DNA from: Elusimicrobiota bacterium
Lineage (GTDB): Bacteria > Elusimicrobiota > Elusimicrobia > Elusimicrobiales > UBA9959
Direction: 5' to 3'
Assembly: GCA_036574205.1 (NCBI GenBank)
Contig: JAINCQ010000012.1
Coordinates: 7,125-71,124, forward strand
Length of the DNA: 64,000 nucleotides
Part shown: positions 50,147 through 59,963 of the stretch, in pieces
How positions within the stretch are numbered: the stretch's first letter is position 1
How the letters are laid out: each line of letters starts with the position of its first letter
Position numbers and translations under genes: made by a program
The notes under the pieces: model-generated
Told to the model about the DNA's origin: nothing
The model's database searches: none
What the model saw: the letters and a program-made list of their open reading frames with translations, nothing else

Positions 50147-51513
50147 CCTATCCTTTTCATAACAGTATCCTTTGATCCATCATATGATTTATAATCTTTT
50201 AAAATTTCCACATCCACTTTAGATTTTAACTCTTCATAAAGTCTTGTGCCTGGAAAAGGAGCGCAGCTGGCTATCTGATAACTTCTAAAAATATTGCTTT
50301 CTGAAAAACCCATAGCTTTCAATATTTTCATATCCTCATTATGAATCTCTTCGCTTTGACCCGGTAAATCCTTCATCATCGTCAAATGAATCATTAATCC
50401 TGGATATTTTTTAGAAATACGGTTTAATGTAGATTTAAAGTCAATTCTTTCTATTCCCTTATTAATTCTCCTCAATACATCCAAATTAAAAGTTTCTACT
50501 CCAAACCTCATTCCCACACATCCGCTATCTACCATCTTATCAAAAAGCCAATCAGGAGAAATATCAATTCTACCCATCATAGTCCATGGTAAACCTATTT
50601 TCTTAAGATAATCACACAACAAAGATATTCTTTCTGTACCAATATTAAATGTATCATCGTCAAAAAATATGCTTTTAAAACCATATTTTCTAATACATTC
50701 ATTAATCTCTTCATATACCTTTTGAGGCCTTCTTAAAGAAACTACCCCATGATACATAATCTGTGGCCACATACAAAAAACACATCTAAAAGGACATCCT
50801 TTACTTGAATATATCTGAAGTTGTGGTCTTTTTGTTGGCATAGTAGGGTCATAGTATTTAGTGGCTGATTTATAATCTCTGAAAGGAAAAGGAATACTAT
50901 CAAGATCTTCTACAACTTTTGAAGGATAAACCCCTTCCTTCCTGCTCTTTACAAGCTCATACGTGTTCAGTATGTACTCCCCACAAAGGAAATATTTTAT
51001 TTCAGGAGCATTATGCTGTATTTCTTTAATAGTCTCTTCATTTAAATGGCTACCTGCAAGCGCAACCTTGAAAAATTTAGCAACTTTTTTTGCAAACCAT
51101 ACATCTATATCTATTGTTGGAGTTGAACACTCAGCAATCACTATATCAGGAGCTTCTTTTTTAATTTTATCTAAAAACTTATCATAATCGTATTCTTCCT
51201 CTGCTACAGCATCCAATATATTAACCTCAAATCCCTTTGAACGTAAATAAGAAGCAGCATAAGCCATGATAAATGGGTAATGAAGTGCACCAGGAGGTAT
51301 TTCCATAGTCCATGGCCATCTTGAACCAGCCCTTACACCATATCTCACTCCTTTTCCAAGCCCATAATACTTATTCAAGAATTTAAATAGCCTATATACA
51401 CCAGGAATCTTTCTATAAAAAGATTTAAAAACAAAACCCTTTATCTTAAAATCATTTTCAGGTGAAGAATTATCATCTCTAATAACCGGCGGATTTATAA
51501 AAAGCACTTTCAT
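50143..51513 (-). CDS. B12-binding radical SAM enzyme, HpnJ-like
   Basis: VLFINPP, RAGSRWP, B12-binding region, SKGCPFRCVFCMWPQ, FDDDTF, FGVE, PFPGT. Confidence 0.85.
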   Translation of the reverse strand: MKVLFINPPVIRDDNSSPENDFKIKGFVFKSFYRKIPGVYRLFKFLNKYYGLGKGVRYGVRAGSRWPWTMEIPPGALHYPFIMAYAASYLRSKGFEVNILDAVAEEEYDYDKFLDKIKKEAPDIVIAECSTPTIDIDVWFAKKVAKFFKVALAGSHLNEETIKEIQHNAPEIKYFLCGEYILNTYELVKSRKEGVYPSKVVEDLDSIPFPFRDYKSATKYYDPTMPTKRPQLQIYSSKGCPFRCVFCMWPQIMYHGVVSLRRPQKVYEEINECIRKYGFKSIFFDDDTFNIGTERISLLCDYLKKIGLPWTMMGRIDISPDWLFDKMVDSGCVGMRFGVETFNLDVLRRINKGIERIDFKSTLNRISKKYPGLMIHLTMMKDLPGQSEEIHNEDMKILKAMGFSESNIFRSYQIASCAPFPGTRLYEELKSKVDVEILKDYKSYDGSKDTVMKRIG

Positions 51514-52478
51514 TAATAAATCTCCATAATATAATTAACCAACCTTTCGCTTATAACATCAATAGTATTGTTTTTAATAACATATGCATATCCCCTTTCA
51601 GCTATTTCTTTTCTTTCTTTCTCGTTGTTTAAGTAGTATTTTATTTTTTCCACCATATCATCATCTCCATCCGTAAAAACCATACAATCGCCCATAAGTT
51701 TCATTGCAGTTTCAGTTTTATCCGTAATTAGAAAACCTTTACATGCAATGACCTCATAGGTCCTTAACGTTATTACATCCCAATCAACACAATCTTGCGT
51801 AGTGCAATTTATATTAATCTTAGTACTTGAGTAAAGAAATGGTAAATCTTCTTGAGGAATTTTACCTCTTGAAACTTGAGAAAGGATTTTTTTATATTCT
51901 GGAACCTTTTTAAAATTTCTCCAGAATCTAAAACGATATTTAGAAGGCTTCCAATTTCCAAACAATCCAAAATTAAAATTTAAGGCTGGCATAATATATT
52001 TCCTAGTTCTATATTCCCCCTTAATATCATTTCCAACATAACACACCTCAAATTCAAACTCTTTTCTTACAGGTCTTGGATAAAAGAATTCAGTATCTAC
52101 CCCAAAAGGAAGATATATCCCTTTATAGCCCTTGTTTATATGCATATCACATATCTTTTTTGAAATAAAAGCATACCCATCATACCCTATCTTTTCAAAT
52201 CTAATTAAGGCATTATCCGAACCTTCTGCATAAGCATTTTGCATATAAAGCACATGCCTTTTAGCAAGTTTCTCGATAGGCAAGGTATCGTTTAAATATA
52301 TTAAAACATCCAGTCTTTTAGAAGGTAAATAATTAGGGGCATACAAATCAACTTTTATGTCCGGAAATTTTTTTGAAATACTTTTAATAAGAGAATTTGC
52401 ATATAACTCATCACCAATTACATTGCCTTTCAAATATCCTAAATCTTTAGGCCATTTAATATAAAAACCTATGTTCAT
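51513..52478 (-). CDS. Glycosyltransferase (CgeB/Glyco_trans_1_2-like GT-B)
   Basis: YLPFGVD..FF.P, YVGN, YSS.KININ, R.YE..AC..FLITD, YYL....ER.EIA..G. Confidence 0.82.
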   Translation of the reverse strand: MNIGFYIKWPKDLGYLKGNVIGDELYANSLIKSISKKFPDIKVDLYAPNYLPSKRLDVLIYLNDTLPIEKLAKRHVLYMQNAYAEGSDNALIRFEKIGYDGYAFISKKICDMHINKGYKGIYLPFGVDTEFFYPRPVRKEFEFEVCYVGNDIKGEYRTRKYIMPALNFNFGLFGNWKPSKYRFRFWRNFKKVPEYKKILSQVSRGKIPQEDLPFLYSSTKININCTTQDCVDWDVITLRTYEVIACKGFLITDKTETAMKLMGDCMVFTDGDDDMVEKIKYYLNNEKERKEIAERGYAYVIKNNTIDVISERLVNYIMEIY

Positions 52479-52486
52479 TTAATTCT

Positions 52487-53821
52487 CTATTTCGTTCTCT
52501 TAAAATAATCAAAATAAAAAAGTGACTTAAAAACTATAGCAGGATATCTCGCATCAACTTTGAAATATACTGGTACAACAAACCCTGATATAATCTGCGC
52601 TATTATAGTAGCGAATGCCGCTCCTTTAATACCAAACCTATCTATTAATAAAAAGTTTAGAAAGATATTTGATCCAGCACCTATTAATGTAGCAATTAGA
52701 GAATTAGTTTGCTTATTATTAACCACCACTATTCTGCCGGTTATTGCTCCAAAAGCTATAAGCACACTATTCCATATCAGTATCATCAAGACATCTTTAG
52801 CTGCATAATAAGGCATACCATATAACTTGACAATTACGAAAGTACTTAAGAATGTGATTATTACAGACAATATTATAAACGCCCAACCTATAAAACCATA
52901 AAGGTTAAGGATTCTTTGATAATATAAGTTAATATCCACTTTCTTAGCATTTACAATAGCTGGGAAAACTGAGGTAGTTATAATCGTAGGTATAAAATAC
53001 CAGATCTCACTCAATCTAACAGCTGCTGAATAAAGTCCAACTGATTTTTCGCCAAGCATATACTTTATCATTACCTGGTCAATCCTCATATATACCATTA
53101 TAGCAAAAGAACTTAAAATTAATGGCCAGCTTTCCTTCAAAAAAACTTTAGCTATATTTTTATCAAAGTATTTTAAGAAATTTTTAGCAAAAGGCACATA
53201 TCTCCTATAAACAATAAATAAAGATATTGAAAGTGTAATTATATCCAGCAATGTCACCAAAACAAACCAGAACAAATCTGCTTTAATTAAAATTAAATAT
53301 ACCTTAATAATTGAAGAAATAAATAGTTGAATCATCTTTGATATGGAAACAAATTTTGCAAGAACTCTACTCTGGAAATAAAAATCTATAACTTCAAATG
53401 ATTGAAAAAACATTCCTAAAGAAATTATAAGAATATAGATATTTGTCTGTTTATCATTGCCGGCAAAAAAAAGAATTACAACAACTATTAAAAATGAAAT
53501 ACCACTACCAAAAAACTTAAGCCAGAATGATGTTCCAAGATATAGCTCAGCCTTTAAAGGTTCTTTAACAAGTTCACGTACTACTATAGAATCAAGCCCT
53601 AATTTTGAGATAGACAAAAAAATTGATGAAAAAGCAAGAGCATAACTAAAAATCCCAAATTTTTCAGGACCTAAATATCTTGCAACCCACACCCCAACAA
53701 AAAAACCTGCTATAAGCCTTAATATGTTTTCTGCAAAAAGCCATATAGTATTTTTTGCATATCTTCTAAAACCTTCATAGCTTATTATTTCTTCGAGTCT
53801 TAACTTTATTTCATCAATCAT
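52487..53821 (-). CDS. wzx: Wzx-type flippase
   Basis: VARYLGPE.FG, LGLD...VREL, Y.RIDQVMI, VG.YSAA, N..LI..FGI.GAA.AT. Confidence 0.9.
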   Translation of the reverse strand: MIDEIKLRLEEIISYEGFRRYAKNTIWLFAENILRLIAGFFVGVWVARYLGPEKFGIFSYALAFSSIFLSISKLGLDSIVVRELVKEPLKAELYLGTSFWLKFFGSGISFLIVVVILFFAGNDKQTNIYILIISLGMFFQSFEVIDFYFQSRVLAKFVSISKMIQLFISSIIKVYLILIKADLFWFVLVTLLDIITLSISLFIVYRRYVPFAKNFLKYFDKNIAKVFLKESWPLILSSFAIMVYMRIDQVMIKYMLGEKSVGLYSAAVRLSEIWYFIPTIITTSVFPAIVNAKKVDINLYYQRILNLYGFIGWAFIILSVIITFLSTFVIVKLYGMPYYAAKDVLMILIWNSVLIAFGAITGRIVVVNNKQTNSLIATLIGAGSNIFLNFLLIDRFGIKGAAFATIIAQIISGFVVPVYFKVDARYPAIVFKSLFYFDYFKRTK

Positions 53822-54885
53822 TTATTTAATAATTCAAGATATTCTTTATATGATTGTTTTATGCCTTCTTCAAGCGTTATCTCTGGCTTCCATCCCAATC
53901 CCTTTAATTTGCTTACATCAAGGAGTTTTTTGGGTGTTCCATCAGGCTTTGTTGTATCATATCTTATCTCACCATTAAAACCAACTATTCTCCTTATCAT
54001 CTCAGCCAGATCTTTAAGCATTATATCCTCTCCACTCCCTATATTTATCAACTCCCCAATATCTTTATAATCATAATTTTCCATTATAAACACACAAGCC
54101 CTCACCATGTCTCTTACATGAAGAAACTCTCTATAAACCTTGCCAGTTCCCCATATTAATACATAATCAGAATAAACTCCAATAGAATTTAAAACCTTAA
54201 CAATACTTTTTTCACTATTATAGTTTATCTCCTTATCAAGTCCAAAACCAATTGGATTTTTCTTTAAATCTCTAACTATCCCATCAAAATCTCTTTTAGA
54301 AAGCAGATTAGCTAAATGAAATTTTCTTATCAAGGCTGGCAAAACGTGTGAGGTTTCTAAATTATATTTATCTCCTTTCCCATAAAGATTTGTTGGCATA
54401 ACAGAAATAAAATTTGTTCCATACTGCGCATTATAATATCTACAAAGCTTTATAGCAGCTATCTTAGCAACGGCGTAGGCTTCATTAGTTGGCTCTAAAT
54501 AACCACTTAATAAATACTCCTCTTTTAATGGCTGAGGAGCAAGTTTTGGATAAATGCAGGATGAGCCTAAGTTTAAAAGTTTCTTTACTCCATATTTATA
54601 GGCTGAATGAATTATATTAAGTGAAATTGCAAGATTATCATATATAAATTGAGCTGGATAGGTACTATTTGCTAAAATTCCACCAACCCTTGCTGCCGCC
54701 AAGATAACATATTCAGGTTTGTTTTTTTCAAAAAAATCTTCAGTATCTTTTTGCCTTGTAAGATCAAGATCTTTACTCGTCGAGTAAATTAGATTGGTAT
54801 AACCTTTTTCTTTCAAAAATTCAAAAATATTGCTACCAACCAGTCCCCTATGACCAGCAATATAAACTTTAGAATATTTATTCAT
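53818..54885 (-). CDS. fcl: GDP-L-fucose synthase (long-insert form)
   Basis: AGHRGLVGS, AAARVGGI.AN, GSSCIYP, LEPTNEAYA.AK, MPTNLYG, SHVLPAL, WGTG...REFLH, KPDGTP.K. Confidence 0.95.
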   Translation of the reverse strand: MNKYSKVYIAGHRGLVGSNIFEFLKEKGYTNLIYSTSKDLDLTRQKDTEDFFEKNKPEYVILAAARVGGILANSTYPAQFIYDNLAISLNIIHSAYKYGVKKLLNLGSSCIYPKLAPQPLKEEYLLSGYLEPTNEAYAVAKIAAIKLCRYYNAQYGTNFISVMPTNLYGKGDKYNLETSHVLPALIRKFHLANLLSKRDFDGIVRDLKKNPIGFGLDKEINYNSEKSIVKVLNSIGVYSDYVLIWGTGKVYREFLHVRDMVRACVFIMENYDYKDIGELINIGSGEDIMLKDLAEMIRRIVGFNGEIRYDTTKPDGTPKKLLDVSKLKGLGWKPEITLEEGIKQSYKEYLELLNK

Positions 54886-55039
54886 AAAAACTCCAGAAAT
54901 TTTCTATTAACATATTCCTGTGCTTTTAATTTTTATTAACATTTACTATTTTAGCATTTTTTAACAAGCCAGAGTTTGATTAATTTTGTAATTCCAAACT
55001 ATATTGGTTTGATCTTAATAAGTTAATTATAATATCATT

Positions 55040-56809
55040 ATGATCAGTTTCTTGCCTATAACTGTAGAAGAAGTGAAAAGACTAAATTGGGATTATGTTG
55101 ATGTTGTTTTAATAACCCCTGATGCTTATGTGGATCATCCAGGTTTTTCTATGGCTATTATTGGAAGGGTAATAGAATCATATGGATATAGGGTAGCTAT
55201 TTTATCCCAACCAGACTATAAAGATATAAAAGAATTTAAAAAATTTGGAAAACCAAGGCTATGCTTTGCTATATCCGGCGGGAATATGGATTCAATGATA
55301 AATAAGTATACACACAATAAAAAACGACGTTCGGAAGATGATTATTCTCCCGGAGGGAAACCTTCTAAAAGGCCTGATAGAACAACTATCGTTTATTCCA
55401 ACACAGCTAAAATGGCTTATAACGATGTCCCTATCATAATTGGTGGTATAGAAGCCACTATGAGAAGATTTGTTCATTATGACTTCTGGAGTGACACTAT
55501 AAAAAAACCAATACTCCTTGACTCAAAAGCAGATTTACTTGTATATGGAATGGCTGAAAAGTCAATAATTGAAATACTCCAAAGGCTAAAAAACGGTGAA
55601 GATATAAGAAAAATAAGAGATATAAGAGGGACTGTTTTTAAATTAGGAGAAAAAGAAATAGCTAACTATTTAAACCAACAGGACATAATAGTACTTCCAT
55701 CTTTTGAAGAAATAATAAAAGACAAGGACAATTTCTTAAAAATGACAAAAATAGTTTATGAAAATTTAAATCCTTACTTGGCTAAAACACTGATTCAGAT
55801 TTCAGACACTCGCGCAATAGTTTCAAATCCACCACAATTACCTCTTACCACAGAGGAAATTGATAGGATATATGATCTTCCATTTACATATAAACCTCAT
55901 CCATATTATAAAGAAAAAATACCAGCATATGAGACAGTAAAAAACTCTATTGTAATACATAGAGGATGTTTTGGAGGATGCAGTTTTTGTTCTCTTGCTT
56001 TCCATCAAGGAAAATTTATACAGAGTAGAAGCGAAAATTCAATAATTAAAGAAATAGAAAAACGCTCTAAAAATAAAAAGATTACTATAACGGATCTGGG
56101 TGGACCTTCAGCAAATATGTATAAAATATCTGCTAAAGACTTTGAAATATGCAAAAAATGCTCTAAAACTTCCTGTCTTCATCCTAAAATATGTAATAAC
56201 CTTAACCTTGATTTTAAACCACTTTTAGACCTGATGAGAAAAGTAAAACATCATAAAAATGTAAAAAAAGTATTCATTGCAAGTGGGATTAGAATGGACC
56301 TTGCTTTAAAATGCCCTGAGTATATAAAAGAAATAGCCTATTATCATACCAGTGGACAATTAAAAGTTGCGCCAGAACATACTCAAAAAAACATTTTAGA
56401 TTTAATGAAAAAACCAAATATTGAAGCCTTTATTGAATTTAAAAAGAACTTTAATGAATTTTCTAGGCACGCAAATAAAGAGCAATATTTAGTAACATAT
56501 TTTATTTCTGCTTTTCCAGGAACAACTTTAAATGATGCTATAGATATGGCAATTTTTTTAAAAAAGAACAACATCAAACCTCTTCAAATAAACGATTTTC
56601 TTCCAGCACCCGGGGAATATGCTACAGCAATGTATCTATGCCAGAAGGATTTACAAACTGGCAAAAAAATATATGTTCCCCAAAAAGAATCGGAAAGGAA
56701 ACTTCATAGAGCATTGCTACAATATTTTAAAAAAGAAAACATTCCTTTAATTATAAAAGCTTTAAAAGTTACAAATAGAACTAATCTAATAAAATTTTTT
56801 CTCCACTAA
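55040..56809 (+). CDS. YgiQ-family radical SAM protein
   Basis: DAYVDHP, GNMDSM, RPDR, GGIEA..RR..HYD.W, RGCFGGCSFC, DLGGPSANMY, LKVAPEH. Confidence 0.93.
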   Translation: MISFLPITVEEVKRLNWDYVDVVLITPDAYVDHPGFSMAIIGRVIESYGYRVAILSQPDYKDIKEFKKFGKPRLCFAISGGNMDSMINKYTHNKKRRSEDDYSPGGKPSKRPDRTTIVYSNTAKMAYNDVPIIIGGIEATMRRFVHYDFWSDTIKKPILLDSKADLLVYGMAEKSIIEILQRLKNGEDIRKIRDIRGTVFKLGEKEIANYLNQQDIIVLPSFEEIIKDKDNFLKMTKIVYENLNPYLAKTLIQISDTRAIVSNPPQLPLTTEEIDRIYDLPFTYKPHPYYKEKIPAYETVKNSIVIHRGCFGGCSFCSLAFHQGKFIQSRSENSIIKEIEKRSKNKKITITDLGGPSANMYKISAKDFEICKKCSKTSCLHPKICNNLNLDFKPLLDLMRKVKHHKNVKKVFIASGIRMDLALKCPEYIKEIAYYHTSGQLKVAPEHTQKNILDLMKKPNIEAFIEFKKNFNEFSRHANKEQYLVTYFISAFPGTTLNDAIDMAIFLKKNNIKPLQINDFLPAPGEYATAMYLCQKDLQTGKKIYVPQKESERKLHRALLQYFKKENIPLIIKALKVTNRTNLIKFFLH

Positions 56810-57924
56810 TTTTTTAAATACTCATCAAAATAACCTAACAAAATATTTCCATACTCAGCTATCAGTTTTTCATCAACCCCTATCTCTCTTAATTTTTCAA
56901 GTTTTAAATCCTCTAGTTTTGCTATCTGTTTCAAGGTGGAAATATCTATAACAAGTTCGCATTGAATATTTTTTTTAATGGCTATTTCTCTTCGCCATTT
57001 TTTAAGCAATTTAAGTTTTAATTCAAAAAAATTATCATGATTATTTAAGTTATTTTTAGTTTTACGATATACAAATTTACCATCAATAACATCTTTAATT
57101 GCTTTTCTAATCCATTCTATATTTCTTACAATTGATCTATTATAGAGCTTTAAATCTGTAGCATCCATCAACTCATTATGATGCTTTGCAACATACACTA
57201 AAAGCTCATTTGTTATTACTTTAAATGGAGGAATATCTATTTTTTTAGCTATCTCTTCTCTCATTTCAACAGCTTTTATAAAAATCGCTGTTTCTTTTTC
57301 TGAAAGGCAAAAATTTACTGCCATTTGATAATATTTATCTATATTAAAAACGGTTTTTCTCTCTGAGACGTTTGAAATCTTTTCACAATTGGACTTAAAC
57401 TCGTTATAAAGGTTAATGTTTATAATATCCTTGATTAATATGTCTCTCAGTTTTTTAAGATAATAAACATCCATTGCTGCATAAAGCAACTGATTATGAT
57501 TAAAAGGCCTTTTTCCCCAATTTATTTTCTGATACTTCTTTTCAAGGTTTACTCCAAAATACTGCCTGACAAGAGTTGCAAGCGAAACTGCTTTTTTAAA
57601 AATATACTTTGAAGCTATCATAACGTCAAATATATTATTGAAAGAACAATCAAGTTTTTTTCTTATCATAGATATATCGGAATATGCTGAATGAAATATT
57701 TTTTCTATAAAATTTGATTCAAAAACTTCTTTCAAAGGAAACAAATCAACCTTCAAAGTATCTATAATAAAAACCTTTTCTCCTATCTCTATTTGAAGAA
57801 GGCAAAGTTTATTTTCATATGAATAAAGTCCATTCGACTCAGTATCTATGGAAATATATTTATTATTGAAAGCTTCCTTTATTATATATTTGAGGTTATT
57901 ATCTTCAATCAAGACGAAGTTCAT
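56806..57924 (-). CDS. rnd: Ribonuclease D (DEDDy exonuclease + HRDC)
   Basis: IDTE, LCLLQI, KIFH.A..DI, FD..IA, W..RP, YAAMD, HRDC-like R...A...D.PPF. Confidence 0.85.
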   Translation of the reverse strand: MNFVLIEDNNLKYIIKEAFNNKYISIDTESNGLYSYENKLCLLQIEIGEKVFIIDTLKVDLFPLKEVFESNFIEKIFHSAYSDISMIRKKLDCSFNNIFDVMIASKYIFKKAVSLATLVRQYFGVNLEKKYQKINWGKRPFNHNQLLYAAMDVYYLKKLRDILIKDIININLYNEFKSNCEKISNVSERKTVFNIDKYYQMAVNFCLSEKETAIFIKAVEMREEIAKKIDIPPFKVITNELLVYVAKHHNELMDATDLKLYNRSIVRNIEWIRKAIKDVIDGKFVYRKTKNNLNNHDNFFELKLKLLKKWRREIAIKKNIQCELVIDISTLKQIAKLEDLKLEKLREIGVDEKLIAEYGNILLGYFDEYLKN

Positions 57925-57987
57925 AATTATATAATAGAAACTAATCAGTTAAAAGTCAAAAAATCAATTTTTATAAATTAATTTTTT

Positions 57988-58707
57988 TTAATCTTTTTTT
58001 GCTACTACAAAAACACTAACTCCAAAAGGAAAATTAATAAATCGCAAAATAAAGTTTTCAAATTTAAGAATTAAAATTATAAATTTATTTATTAAATAAG
58101 GTAATTTATAATAATCATTTGATCTTATCCTGAAAAAACCTTTAAACCATCTTATTAAAAGAGCTGGAATAAAAAAAGAAAAATTCCAGTATGAAGCCTT
58201 CAAAATCTTAAACCCATGCTTTTCAATTATATTTACAAGATCCCTTTTAGTATACCTTCTTTTATGCTCATTTATAACATCATGATACGACCATAAAAAT
58301 TTAAAAGCAGGAACAAAAACTATAAATATCCCCCCTTTTTTTAAAATTCTGTTAGTCTCTTCTATAGCCTTTTCATCATTCTCTATATGTTCCAATATAT
58401 CTGAAGATATAACAACATCAAAAAAATCATTTTTAAACTCTGTTTTTAAAGCGTCTCCTAAAACAATATTAATATTTTTAAAATTCTTAGAGCCAATAAT
58501 GGATTTATTGTTATCCATACCATATAAATTTTCAAATCCTTTTTTCTTTAAATAAAAAAGCAAGCTTCCACCAGCGCATCCTATATCAATTATTTTTATT
58601 TTTTTATCTTTAAAATTGGATAATAGTAAATAGCTAATTATATCATTTCTTGACCTAAACCACCAATTATCTAAATCTATTTTAAGATATTCATTTGTAT
58701 ATCTCAT
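57988..58707 (-). CDS. Class I SAM-dependent methyltransferase
   Basis: WWF.SR, IDIGCAGG, DILEHI, VPAF..LWS.HD..N.H.RRY; ATG 58707. Confidence 0.88.
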   Translation of the reverse strand: MRYTNEYLKIDLDNWWFRSRNDIISYLLLSNFKDKKIKIIDIGCAGGSLLFYLKKKGFENLYGMDNNKSIIGSKNFKNINIVLGDALKTEFKNDFFDVVISSDILEHIENDEKAIEETNRILKKGGIFIVFVPAFKFLWSYHDVINEHKRRYTKRDLVNIIEKHGFKILKASYWNFSFFIPALLIRWFKGFFRIRSNDYYKLPYLINKFIILILKFENFILRFINFPFGVSVFVVAKKD

Positions 58708-58747
58708 ATTTATATTATACAAGATTGAAATTTGATAAAATTTAATT

Positions 58748-59953
58748 ATGAAAATATTCAAAAATTTTAAAAAAGGATTAACTAAAAACGTAATAATTCT
58801 TGGAATAGTAAGCGGACTTACAGATATATCGAGCGAAATGTTATATCCAGTAGTACCTATATTTCTTTCAAATATCTTAAATGCTCCAATGACAGTAATT
58901 GGACTTATAGAAGGAATAGCCGAGTCTACCGCAAATATATTAAAGATATGGAGTGGACATATAAGCGATAAAATAAAAAAAAGAAAATCTCTGGTAATAA
59001 TTGGATATTTTCTTTCAGCAATATCAAAACCTGTAATGGCAGTTGCTTATAGCTGGTATTTTGTATTATTTGCAAGATTTATTGACAGGATAGGAAAAGG
59101 AATTAGAACCTCTCCACGTGATGCTTTAATTGCGGCCTCAAGCGATAAAGATAGCTGGGGAAAGGCTTTTGGTTTTCATAGAGCAATGGATACACTTGGC
59201 GCGGCAATAGGACCATTATTTACACTTTTGCTATTAATATTACTTACAGAAACTTCGAATTCTTATAGAATTATATTTATATTAGCTTTTATACCAGCTA
59301 TATCTGGGGTTTTCATACTAAAAAAGTATGTTATTGATGAACAAGAAAATAATTTTCAAAATTCAAAAGAAACTCCAAATTTCATAGAAAAAACACCTCT
59401 TTCACTTGACTTTAAAATTTTTGTTGGAATATACACATTATTTTCTCTTGCAAAATTTTCAGATGCTTTTTTAATAATGAAAGTAAAATCTATTGGTATT
59501 TCAACCACAAATACAATATTGATATACTTTGCTTATAATATTATTTATGCTTTGCTGGCTACTCCTGCCGGTATAATATCGGATAAAATTGGAAAAAACA
59601 GAGTTTTTATGATTAGTTTTCTGATCTATTCAATCGTATGTTTGGGCTTTGCCATATCGGTTAATATATATTCAGTTTTAGTATTTTTTCTAATATATAG
59701 CCTCTATGGTGCTTTAAATGAAGGTATTGCAAAAGCCATAGTTTCAAATATGTCCACTCCATTTAATAGGGCTACAGCTATGGGGGTTTTTCAAGGAATT
59801 GGAGGAGTAGCTACATTTTTATCAAGTTTAATAGCAGGTTTATTATGGGATAAATTTTCCGATAAAACTCCTTTTTTTGTTTCATCAATAATTTCATTTA
59901 TATCACTTTTGTTTTTTTATTTCTGGGTAAAATTAAGGAAAATTACCATATAA
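58748..59953 (+). CDS. MFS transporter
   Basis: D.SSEM, G..SDK..KRK, DR.GKGIR..PRDA, GFHRAMD. Confidence 0.92.
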   Translation: MKIFKNFKKGLTKNVIILGIVSGLTDISSEMLYPVVPIFLSNILNAPMTVIGLIEGIAESTANILKIWSGHISDKIKKRKSLVIIGYFLSAISKPVMAVAYSWYFVLFARFIDRIGKGIRTSPRDALIAASSDKDSWGKAFGFHRAMDTLGAAIGPLFTLLLLILLTETSNSYRIIFILAFIPAISGVFILKKYVIDEQENNFQNSKETPNFIEKTPLSLDFKIFVGIYTLFSLAKFSDAFLIMKVKSIGISTTNTILIYFAYNIIYALLATPAGIISDKIGKNRVFMISFLIYSIVCLGFAISVNIYSVLVFFLIYSLYGALNEGIAKAIVSNMSTPFNRATAMGVFQGIGGVATFLSSLIAGLLWDKFSDKTPFFVSSIISFISLLFFYFWVKLRKITI

Positions 59954-59963
59954 GGAGTAAAAA

